DNA from: Cyanophora paradoxa CCMP329
Lineage: Eukaryota > Plantae > Glaucophyta
Length of the DNA: 64,000 nt
Reading direction: 5' to 3'
Assembly: GCA_004431415.1 (NCBI GenBank)
Contig: QPMI01000507.1
Location: 62,001 to 126,000 of the forward strand
Shown here one piece after another: positions 23,192-41,961 of the stretch. The notes under the pieces are model-generated. The model worked only from the letters and a program-made list of their open reading frames with translations. It made no database searches and had not been told where the DNA came from. How positions within the stretch are numbered: the first letter of the stretch is position 1; each line of letters begins with the position of its first letter. Made by a program: the position numbers and the translations under genes.

Positions 23192-23287
23192 GAGATCAGA
23201 CTAGGCGCTGCTTCGGCTCAGCTAGCGGGCGCGGAAACCAGTAGAGAGCGGAGCGCACGTGCCCGAGTGATCGCAAGGGCCGTCGCG

Positions 23288-24501
23288 ATGGATGTCCGCT
23301 CGCTGTACTCGCCGGAGCAGATCCAAATCCTGGAGCAGTTCCGCTCGAGGCTGGGCGACCTCACTCCAGAGCAGAAGCGGTTTTGCGACGATGCATGCCT
23401 CTTCCGGTGTGTTCCCTTTCCCCAACGACTCCCGCCCTGGCCGTTGTGGACCCTCGTGATGCGCCGCACCAGGTACCTGCGTGCCCGCGAATGGAAAATC
23501 CCCAAGTCGGAGACCCTTCTCCGCGAGACGCTGCAGTGGCGTGCGGAGAACAGGCCCGAGCTGCTCCGCTGGCAGGATGTCGAGGAGGGCGCTCGAACTG
23601 GAAAGCTGTGCGTTGCCTTTTAGCGGGGGTTGCCATCTCCTGTCCGTTCTCACGCCTCTTGCTCAGCTTCCGGTGGGGCTACGACAAGGAGGGCCACCCC
23701 ATCATCGTGCTCCGCCCCCGCTTCGAGAACCTGAAGGATTCCTCGCGCGAGAGCGAGCTAAAAGTGAAGCTCCTCAGTGAGTCTAGTCTTTCGATGCCGG
23801 CAGCGCGCGGTGCGGCGTGCACAGCGCTAACAGGTTCCGCGCAGCCTACACCGTCGAGCGCGCGATTGCGTCTATGCCCCCGGGCGTCGAGAAGATGGTG
23901 CTTATGATCGACTTCAAGGGCTACAGCTCCAGCAATGCCCCCGACATGAAGGTGCGGTCGTGTGGCCCGGCCCGCGCGCGCCTCCCCGCTGACGCGCCGT
24001 GTCGTGCAGACGACCAAGGCGTCGATCGCCGTGCTCAGCAACTATTACCCTGAGCGCCTCGCGCGTGCCGTCGCCTGCGACCCGCCCTGGTTCGCGCCGG
24101 CTGCCCCCGCACCCGAACACGCCTCTCACGGTACCTCGCCGCGATCGCAGGTACTTCAACACCTTCTGGTCGCTCGTCAAGCCGTTCGTCGATCCGGTCA
24201 CGCGTCAGAAGGTGCGGCGTCGGTTCTTGGCGGTTGGGCGAGCGCTGATGCATTCCGCGCAGCTCGTGTTCAAGAAGTCGGACAAGCCGTGGGACTCGGT
24301 CTGGCAGGTCATTCCCAGGTTAGCTTTACCGTCCACACTTGCGCAGCGCGGGGCCGGAGTGAGCGTCTTGTGCACGGCAGGGATCAGCTGCAGAGCTGGG
24401 CCCAGGGCAGCGCTGCGTTCGAGTACGACCACTCCTCGTACAGCGCCCAGATGGCGGAGGAGGACATCTGGTACAGGGAGCGCCAAGGCATTGCGGGCTG
24501 A
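23288..24501 (+). CDS. Sec14/CRAL-TRIO lipid-binding protein (Pdr16/RSC5-like)
   Basis: DDACLFRYLRAREWKI; GYDKEGHPIIVLRPRFEN; EKMVLMIDFKGYS; NYYPERL; WSLVKPFVDPVTRQK. Confidence 0.9.
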
Positions 24502-24735
24502 GCGCCCCGCGAGGTGGCCCCCGCGAGGTGGGCCGCGCGCAACAGCAGATGTGATTGATACTTGTACCTACGCTCCTGTACATTGAGCCGAATTCAAACC
24601 TGCATTATCATGACATCGCACTCGTAGCTATAGCCGTCCGCTGAAGCTAATCAAGGATTGAGGTGCGGGTTGCTTGGTAGGCCGAGGGGGGGACGTCAGC
24701 TAAAGCTCAACGAGGGGCGGCCGGGCGCGGCCGTC

Positions 24736-26742
24736 ATGCACCGATGCGGCGCCGGCCGGGCGCTGGCCCTCTCTGCAGGCGCGCACTCGCGTCGTCAGCT
24801 GCACGCAACTGCGGCGCGCTCGTCGGCATCGTCGGCGGGGCCGGCCGAGTCTGCGGTGGCGGACAGCATCCGAGCAGCGCGGCTGCACCTGGCGCAAGGG
24901 TTGAACGCGTTCACGCACATTCGCGATGAGGAAGCTCTGGCAGAGGCGCGTGAGCTGGATCGTGCCCCGGCCTCGTCCGGTGCGCTGTGGCTTCGCAGCG
25001 ACCAAGCGCTGCGCCAGCTAAGGCGCGCGCGCTCGCCCCGCAGCGCTGCCGCTGCGAGGGTTCACCGTGGCGGTCAAAGACAACTTCTGCGTCCGCAACA
25101 CGCCGACGACGGCCGCGTCACGGATGTTGAAAAGCGCGAGCTGCTGCGTCGACCCTCGGCGACCGCGCTGATCCCGGGCGACCGCAGACTTTGTCGCGCC
25201 CTACGACGCGACCGTGGTGAAGCGGCTGCGGGATGCCGGCGCCGTCGTCATCGGCAAGACGAACATGGATGAGTTCGGCATGGGGTGCGCGGGCAGCATC
25301 CTCCGCCTCTGCGCCCTCGGCTCCGTCTCATGCTTCCCTGCAGCTCTTTCAACATGCACAGCGTCCACGGGCCCTGCTACAGCCCGCTCGCGCCTCGCGG
25401 GGAGAAGCCGGGGACGCGCCTCGCGGGCGGCTCGTCGGGCGGCAGCGCGGCGGCCGTGGCGGCGGGCGCCTGCAGAGCGTGCGCATTCTCTCGAATTCTT
25501 CGTTCAAATTCGATCTGCCTTGCTGAGCCCCGGGGGGCAGAGCGCTGGCGTCGGACACGGGCGGCTCGGTCCGCCTCCCGGCCGCCTTCTGCGGTGCGCC
25601 AGCGCCGGCTCCCGGGGCCCTTGCGCGCCGGCGAGCGAGCCGGGGCGCAGGGGTGGTGGGGCTGAAGCCGACGTATGGGCGCGTGTCGCGGCACGGGCTG
25701 ATCGCGTACGGCTCGTCGCTCGACTGCCCCTCCATCGTCGCCCGCTCCGTCGAGGACGCCGCCCTGCTCCTCGGTGCGCCCCTCCCCAGCGGTCCTCCTC
25801 GAGCTTCAGCTGGGCCTAAGGTTCCCCCCTCAGACGCCGTGGCGGGCCCGGACGAGATGGACCCGACGTGCGTGGACTCGCCGGCGCACGAGGCGGCCGC
25901 CCCGTCCCTCTCGCGGCCCCTCGCCGGCCTCACCGTCGGCATCCCCGCCGAGCTCCACGTCAAGGAGCTCCCCGAGCCGGCCCTCCGGGCGTGGCGCGCC
26001 GCGGCCGGGCGGCTGCGCGCGGCCGGCGCGCGGGTGGCCGCCGTCTCGCTGCCGCACACGCGGGCGGCGCTGCCGGCGTACTACATCCTCGCCTCCGCCG
26101 AGGCCTCCTCCAACCTCGCCCGCTACGACGGCGTCCGCTACGGTGCCGGCCCCCGCCCCCGCCCCCCTCCCCCTCGTCTCACGCCGCCCAGGGCACCGCG
26201 AGGAGGGCCCGCCCGGGGCGAGGGGCGGGCGGGCGGTGCTGGAGGGGTACGCGGCGACGCGGAGCGCAGGGTTCGGGCCGGAGGTCCGCCGCCGCATCCT
26301 CACCGGCGTCTTCGTCCTCTCCTCCTCGTCCGCCCCGCCCCGCCGCGCCGCGCCCGGCCCCCGGCCTCACGGGCGCCGCTCAGGGCGTTCCACGTGTACT
26401 ACGAGCGGGCGCAGCGGGTGCGGGCGCTCGTAGCGCGCGACTTCGAGGCCGCCTTCGCCGCCGGCGTCGACCTCCTCCTCTGCCCCGCCGCCGTCTCCGG
26501 CCCGCCCACGCCGGCCGCCGCCGCCGAGGAGGCCCGGCAGCCGGCGCGCGCCTTCCTCGCCGACGTGATGACGATCCCGGCGTCTCTGGCGGGCCTCCCC
26601 GCGGCCTCGCTGCCCGTGCCGGGGGCGGAGTGGGCGGACGGCCTGCCCGTCTCCGTGCAGCTCGTGGGGCGCCCCTTCCGCGAGGCCGCCCTCCTCCGCG
26701 CCGCCCGCGCCCTCGAGGCCGCCCCCGCCCCGCCCCCGCTAG
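24736..26742 (+). CDS. gatA: Glutamyl-tRNA(Gln) amidotransferase subunit A, organellar; 3' end uncertain
   Basis: VAVKDNFC; [11 protein letters not shown]; [14 protein letters not shown]; [14 protein letters not shown]; [14 protein letters not shown]; [15 protein letters not shown]; [11 protein letters not shown]; [14 protein letters not shown]. Arg-rich presequence. Confidence 0.93.
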
Positions 26743-26900
26743 CCCGCCGCCGCCCTGAAAAAGCTGCTCTACACCATTCTCTACAAGTACACGGCGCGCT
26801 CCACGTGAGCGGCGAACGGGGATTGTACACGGGGCGCTCTGCGGCCGGCCGCGGGGCGAGGTCACCTCCGCGGTGGCGGCGCCGGGCGGGGCGCGGTCGC

Positions 26901-28963
26901 TTACGCGGCGACGAGCTCCGCCGGGGCGGCGGCGGCCGCCGCAGCGGGCGCGGCGGCAGCGCCCTCCTTCGAGAACCTGCGCGCGCGTGCGTGCGCGTTA
27001 GCCCAGGGCGGAGGCGGCCCGCGGGAGGAGGCCGCCGGCCCTCGCACCGGGTCATCCTGTCGGCGGGGGGCGTCAGTGGGCTGGGCATGAAGGGCGAGGG
27101 GGGCACGAAACGCACTTGGCGTTGCCGTACTTCTTGGTGATGAAGCGGAAGAAGTCGCGCCTGGGGGGTTCGAGCCGGGGTGAGCCCGCGGGGGTACGAG
27201 GAAAAGGAAGGAAGGGGCGGGGCGGACCAGACGAGCTCGTAGTAGACGGAGCCGGTGCGGGGCTCCTGGGCGCACTTGGCGCGGACGTCCTCGTAGATGC
27301 GGCGGGGCGAGAGGCAGCCGAGCGCCAGCCACGGGCTGATCTTGCACGAGAAGTCCGGCACCAGGCTGCGCGGGGAGCGCCTTGAGCAAGGGCGACGGTG
27401 CGGCGGCAGGAGCGGCCGGCCGGCCGGGCGGGCGCGCCTGGCGGTGGACTTGTCGTCGAGCTTGACGGTGGCGCCTTCAGTGCGCTGCGGCCCCTCCGCC
27501 AGGTACTGCTCCAGGCGCCGCACCGCCTCCGTCTCCCCGCCGATGAACGACGAGAGCGGCGCCGACATGCCCGCCGGCGGCTCCGAGAGGCCCAGCTCCT
27601 GCAGCGTCGGCACGGCACCCTGCCCGGCCGTGAGCTGCGGCAGCTGCTTCATCAGCTCCGGTGCCGCGATCGGCTTGCGGATCGAGCCGCCGGCCTGCGC
27701 GCGGGCGGCGTCAGCTGCGCGGGCCGGGCCGGACGCAGCGGGCGCTCGGGTCGGCCGCGTGCCTCGACGGAGCGGCGGAAGTCGGTGTAGACGTCGGGCA
27801 TGGTGTCCACAGAGAACGGCAGGTCGTTCTCGTGGTAGAGCGTGTTGCCCCAGAAGGCGCGCAGGACCATGCCCTGCGCCGCCGCCACCCCCGCTCGACG
27901 CTGCACTTTGCGGGAGGCGCGGGGGCGGGCGGGCGCGCCTGGTTCTTGAGCTTGGCGATGACGGCGTTCTCGACCTCCTGCTCCTCGAAGGTGACCTCCT
28001 TGTGGCAGTACACGGCGGTCGCCTTGAGCTCGCGGCAGAGCTTGGGCAGCTCCTCCTCCGGGATGCCGTGGCGGATGACGAGGCCCGAGCCGATCGACTC
28101 CAGCGTCGCCCGCAGGTCCTGCACCGACTCGACGAGGAACTTGGCGCGGTAGCTGCGCGGCACAACCGGTCAGGGTGCGGCACCAGGGCAGGGCGACGGG
28201 GCCACGGATGATCCAGAGAGGTAGGAGAAATGAAAGAGAATGAAAGCACCGGCCAGTCTTCTCGAAGCCGAACGACGTCTTGCCGAACTGGCGCGGGTCA
28301 AAGCAGAAGACCGGAACGACGGTGCTCGCGTTCTCCAGGGCCTCGTGCAGGGCAGCGTGGTCGTGAATGCGAAGGTCGTTGCGGAACCAAACGAGAACCT
28401 GCCCGCGGCGTCAGATCGCGGCGGCGGGAAGCGAGCGGCCGCGGACGGACGGTGCCCTTCTTGCCGCTCCGCGGTTGGTCATTGGCGTGGCCGCTGGCGC
28501 GCTGAAGGACGAGCTCGTTGATGGGGGTGGAATCGGCGACCGCCTTGAACGGGGTGGCAAAGGAGATCGAGGTGGGGGCGAGGCCGACGGTGGCAAGCTG
28601 CGTAAGCTGCTTGTAGCTCGCCTTGGCGGGGGACGCCTCGATGATATCGCCGATCGAGATGTTGCCCGGCTGGAATGACGGCAGGTCCACCACGTTGGGC
28701 GCGCGGCCGGCGCACAGCTGAGTGAGCTGCGTCGTGGGCAGCGGCGGGAGGATGCAGCGACGGGACTTCGATGCGACGAACACAGCGTTCTCGCGCACGG
28801 CGAACGCCTTCTCGACATCGTAGCGCGGCAGACGCCACATGTAGAACTGCACGCGCAGGCTGGAGAACCCATCGAACGCGAGATCGCGCAGCTCAAGCTG
28901 GTCCGCCGCCTGAGAAGACCGCGGCAGGCCGATCGGCGCAATGAATGCCTGCTGCTGCGCCAT
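26901..28963 (-). CDS. PHR2: Photolyase/cryptochrome family protein, plant PHR2-like (C-terminally short FAD domain)
   Basis: VWFRNDLRIHD; FDPRQFGKTSFGFEKTG; YRAKFLVESVQDLR; GGETEA; FSCKISPWLALGCLSPR; YELVWRDFFRFITKKY followed closely by the stop, as in plant PHR2. Confidence 0.85.
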
Positions 28964-29152
28964 GGTTGTCGAGCCGATCGAAGCCACCAAACTGGCGTAC
29001 CCGTCGAGAAACAAGCCACTCGCTCCGCAGCCTCGGCCGGGCGTCCGCTAGCAACGAATTCGAGCCAGGTGGCTGGAGACGTTCGATCGCGCTCGCACAA
29101 CCCAGCCAGCCGCCGCCTTCGAGTTTGTAGTTCGCACTAGCTATAGTTTCCG

Positions 29153-30863
29153 ATGGCTCAGGTCTCTCCAAGCTCGCTCGGCAAGCGCTCCACAGCCGAA
29201 GAAGCGAGTGCGGGGATCGATCTCAGCGGCCGCGTCGCCGTCGTCACTGGCGCGTGCGTGGCCGAAGCCCGCGCTCGCTTTTGAGCTGCTAGCGCGCAGA
29301 TCCGCAACCGGCTGCCTATATCACTAGCTGCGTTCTGTTCTAAGCTTTTTGCGAACCGGAAACCTCGAGCTCCCCCACGCGACGGCTCCGCGTATATATC
29401 GAGCGCAACGCACGTGCTGATTGACCCGCGCTGTTGCGCTCAGCAACGGCGGGATCGGCGAGGAGACGGCACGCGTTCTCGCTCTCCGCGGCGCGCACGT
29501 GATCATAGGTCAGTGGAGGCCGCGCGCCGGCTGTCCGCGCCTCGTCGAATTCTTGAAGCTGAAGGCTTGGCTTCCTGATAACGTTTGCCTGTCGCAGCTG
29601 GCCGGAACAAGGAGCAGGGGGAGGCCGTCGCGCGGGCGATCAATGAGCACGTCCGCGCCCGCGGCTCTTCCGGGCGCGCGGAGGTGATGCGCCTCGATCT
29701 GGCAAGGTCCGTCCGCTGCGCACTCGGCCTGTGTCCACGCCGGCGCCCCTTCCTGACGGCGTCCTTGCCGGGAGCAGTCTGCAGTCCGTTCGCCAGTTCG
29801 CCGACGATTTCAACGCGAAGAACCTCCCCCTGCACATCCTGGTCCGCGGCCTCGAATCCCATTCGCCTGGCCGTCTATGCGCCCCTCGGGACTCCCGATG
29901 CGAAGCGGCCCGCAGGTCCTCAACGCGGGCTGCTGGAAGGGCAAGCAGCGCGAGACGACGGCCGACGGCTTCGAGGCCACCTTCGGGTGCGGTGTAGCCC
30001 CGCCCGCCACCGTCGCCCTCGCAAGACGCCGTACCCGCGCAGGACAAACCACCTCGGGCACTTCCTTCTGGCGAACCTCCTGGAGGGGCGGCTCCGCTCC
30101 TCGGCCCCGGCCCGCGTCGTCGTCCTCAGCAGCCTGCTTCACAAGCGCGGTGCGCGCGTCCCCCCCGGCCCCGCCGCCCCTCGCCCACCCCGCCGCCCCT
30201 CAGGCAAGATGGACTTCAACAACCTCATGCTGGAGACGGATTACGAGCCGAGGAAGGCGTACAACAACGTGCCCCCCGCTCCGCTCACCTCCCGGACCCG
30301 CCTGGGCTGACGCCGGCGCCGCAGTCGAAGCTCGCCAACGCACTCTTCGCCATCGAGTTTAATAGGCGTCTCGCCGGCTCGGGCGTCGTCTGCAACGCGC
30401 TCCACCCGGGTCCGCCCGGCCCGGCCCGCCCCGCCGGCGCGGCCGCGCTGAGCGGCCTCCCTCCCCGGGGCGGCAGGCGTCATCCGGACGGGCCTGGCGC
30501 GCAACTTCAACCAGTGCCTCGTCAGCGTCTACTTCTGCCTGGGCGCCTGGTGGATGAAGACCGTCCCGCAGGCCCGCCCGCCGCCCCGCCTCCTGGCCGC
30601 CAGCCCTCTCACTCTGGGTGCGCGCGCAGGGCGCGGCGACGAGCGTGTTCGTGGCGACTGCGCCCGCGTACGCCGCGCGCGGGGGGCTCTACTTCGGCGA
30701 CTGCAAAGTGCGCGGCTCGAGCCTCTGGACCCTGCAGCTGTGGCGCAGCTGCCAACTCTATCTGCGCGCGCAGGAGGAGGAGTTCGCGCCGCAGGCGCTG
30801 GACGAGGGCGACCAGAAGCGCCTCTGGGAGGTCAGTGAGCGCCTTGTCGGCCTCAGGCGGTAG
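29153..30863 (+). CDS. Short-chain dehydrogenase/reductase (retinol dehydrogenase/TIC32-like)
   Basis: [39 protein letters not shown]; LDLA; VLNAG; TNHLGHFLL; YxxSK (AYNNSKLAN); LHPG; LWEVSERLV. Confidence 0.92.
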
Positions 30864-31024
30864 CGCCCGCAGGCCCGCAGCTTCGACGTTGCTTTGTGCT
30901 GTGTATGCGAGCTCTATGCGAGCTCTAAGATTGCGGAGCAGGGAAGCTTTATCGCAGCTAGCTAGCCGCCGCTAGCCCGGCCTAGCCGCTAAACGGGGGT
31001 AGCATGCACTTCGTTCGCACAGAA

Positions 31025-33262
31025 ATGGTCGGGTTCAACGTCCTCGTGGCGCAGCCGGGGGCGCGTACATCACCGTCTTTCCTCTCGGGAGTGTGTGGAG
31101 GACGCGTTTGTAGCTCGCGCGTCGTCGCGAGGTCGGTCTTGATCTTTCGCGTTCGCTGGCCCCGCTGACCGCCACCGCGCTGCAGCAGCACTCGGAGAGG
31201 GCAACGCTACAGCTTCCATGGCGAACCAATGCAGCCAAGTTTCGAAGCCCAGCCCAGCCCGAGGGCGGTCACAGTCCAGGCGCAGTCAGCCGCGGGGAAC
31301 GAGCAGCAGGGCCGCCGCGTGCCTTTCGTCACTGTAGAGGAGCTAGAGATCTTCCTCCAGCGCCACGTGAACCTGGATGAGAGCGCAGCGCACGACATCG
31401 TGATCAAGGTCCTTCCCGCGCCTGCGGCCGACGCGCATCGCTGACGGGCAGCGTCCTCAGATGCCGAGGCTGAGGAATTTCCCGATCGAGCGCCCGCAGG
31501 GCGCCATCGACTTCCTGAACAAGAAGGGCATCGCCCCAGAAGGTGAGCCCCGGGCTAGCGCTGCGCGGCGCCCCGCCAGGACGCGGGCGCCCGCACGATT
31601 CTCAAGCTAGCTGTGCGGCGCCGAGATCTCGATCTCGCCGCGGCGCTGCCTGATCGTCCTGCGCACGCGCAGACGTCGCGCGGATGGTCATCAAGTACCC
31701 GATGCTGCTGACCTTCGACGTGGAGCGGCGCCTCGCGCCCGTCTGGAAGATGCTCGAGTGCGCGGCGCCTCTTCCTGGGTAGCCGCGGGGCGGGGGGCGA
31801 CGGGGCGGGGCGCGGGGCGCAGGGACGAGGGGCTGGACGCGGCGCAGGTGGCGGCGCGCTACCCCCCCATCTTCGACCACAACCTCAACGAGGGCATCCG
31901 CGGGAAGCTGCAGGCCCTCGAGGCGGCGGGGATGTCCCCGCAGGCGCTGCGCGCGCGGGTGCTGAAGGAGGGCGGCGCCACCGTGCTCCGCCTCGGCGCC
32001 GAGGAGAAGCTCCGGCCCTGGCTCTCCTTCATCGCCGAGGTCGGCATCCCCCCCGAGAAGCTCGAGGAGATCGTGCGGCGGCACCCCTGGATCTTCAAGC
32101 GCGACCTCGAGCGCAAGGCCCGCGCGACCCGTACCCCCCCCAGTCGGATCGCGTCGCGGCGATTGACCGGGTGGCCGGGCGGCGTGCGGGGCGCAGGTGA
32201 AGCCGATGCTGGCCGTGCTGCGCGAGGACGGCGGGCTCGACGAGGCTCAGCTCGCGCAGGTCCTCGCCAAGGTCCGTTTCGTTTCGCGCCCCTTTCGGCA
32301 CCGGCCGCCCCGCCCCAGCGCAGTGACGAGCGGGGCGCAGTGCCCGCAGCTCTTCGGGTTCGGGCGGGACGCGATCGTCGCGAAGCTCCGCCTCCTCTAC
32401 AACATCGGCCTGACCTCCGACGAGGCGCGCGGCCCCCCGGGCCCTGCCCCCCGCACACCCCGCCCCCTCCCCCCCCGCGCCCCTCGAGCGCCGGCCGGCT
32501 CGAGCCGGGGCGGCAGGTGCGGCACACGCTGCTGGCGGCCCCCTACTTCCTCACCTACGACCTCCAGACCAACCTCAAGGCCAAGGCGCGCCACCCCGCC
32601 CACCGCGCCCAGGCTCCGGCTCTCACCGGCACCCGCCAGGTCGCCTTCCTGAACGCGGCGGGCATCCGGGGGGAGGACCTGCGCACCGTGCGTGCCCGCA
32701 CCCCCGGGGGGAGGAGGCGGGGGCGGGGGCGGGCTCCGAGGCCGGCGGGGGCAGGTGGCGGCGGCGTGCCCGGTGCTGTGGGGCATGGACCTGGAGGAGG
32801 AGATCGCGCCGCGCTTCGACGCGCTGCTGAACACCATGGGCCGCACCGTCCGCGAGCTCCTCAAGCGGCCCCAGGTCAGAGGCCTCCGCCGCCCTCCCCT
32901 CCCTTCCCCTCCCCTCCCCCCGCCCCGCTCTCGCGCCGACCCCGGGGGCGCGCGCGCAGTCGCTCTTCTACGCGAGTCTGCAGCGGGCGGTGCTGCCCCG
33001 CCACGCCTACCTCGAGCACCGCGGCCTCGACCCCGCCCGCGTCACCCTCCAGAAGGCCCGCGCCCTGCCCCACGCTGGCGCGCAGGGCCCCCTCCGCGGC
33101 TGAAGCTCGGGGCAGATGCTGGAGTGCACGGACACGGCGTTCGTGCGGGAGGTGGCCGGCGGGGAGCTGGAGGAGTACAAGGAGTTCAAGCGCTCCCTCG
33201 GCCTCGAGCCGCCCCCGCGCCCCGCGCGCGCCCCCCACGCCCGCTTCCGCCGCGCCGCGTGA
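31025..33262 (+). CDS. mTERF family protein, probably plastid-targeted
   Basis: Repeated mTERF units (KYPMLLTFDVERRLAP, RHPWIFKRDLERKVKP, APYFLTYDLQTNLKAKVAFL, SLQRAVLPRHAYL, TDTAFVREVAG). N-terminus MVGFNVLVA is transit-like. Confidence 0.85.
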
Positions 33263-33346
33263 GCCCTCCCCGGGTCCCTTGAGATTCGTGTGCGAAGCTG
33301 ATTTTTAAAGTCTGCTGGTCGAAGCCTACGGTTAAACTATGTATAG

Positions 33347-41240
<7,894 letters not shown>

Positions 41241-41961
41241 CTTTGCTGAGCCGGTGTCGCCGGCATGTTGGCGTCTGGCGTCGGTGTCCGTCCGCCGCCG
41301 AGCCTGCCGAGTGAGGTCAGCTCGCCGCGTTGCGCCGCGGCCGCCGCCTCGCCGCCGGACCAATCGTTCTGCAAGCAAAGCGCACACGCACCCTCCTTGA
41401 GCTTTGTCTGCGCGAGGAGAAACAAGGCCACCCGGCTGCGCCCCGCGAGCGGGGTCTTGCGTTCTCGGCGGATCCTGCGCCCGGGACCGCTCAAATTAAG
41501 GCCGCGCAACGCGTTTGCGTTTCTATGCGAAGCAGAAAGGCGAGAGCACTCGAGCCCCGGAGCGCACCGCGAAGTGGTGCTATCCGGCCAGAGGCTGCTC
41601 TTTCCTAGCTAGACTGGGCGGCGCTAGCGCGCGCTCTTGAACTTGTCTCGCGATCTGAGGCCTACAAAGCGCCTGCAGCCGTCGAAGGCGCTGTCGATGC
41701 GGCGCTGGCTGCAGCTGCTGGTGCGCGGGGTCCCGTTGCTGTTCAGGTGCACTGGAACCGACACAGGCATGCGCATTTCCTAGATCTACGCGTGCCATTG
41801 CTGTTGCGGCGGTACGGCTGCGTCGACAGCAGAGGGGCGTGGGTTGACAAGCGGCTTGAACGGGGTACGCGGGATAAGGGGAGGGGGGGAAGAATCGCCT
41901 CGCTGTAGGATGTTCGAATTCTTCGCAGAGGAGGGGAGGGCGGGGCTGGGGCTAGCTGGCG

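Noticed and set aside
26742-27140. Apparent gatA C-terminal extension overlapping the PHR2 3' end
   Set aside because: Homology ends at about 26720 and an out-of-frame TAG follows a C/G run. A homopolymer error or an unrecognised intron is more likely than a true coding overlap.
29255-29443. Long first SDR intron containing GCTGCGTTCT (also complementary to 5.8S) as a second snoRNA
   Set aside because: No box C or terminal stem, and no correctly placed D box; probably chance.
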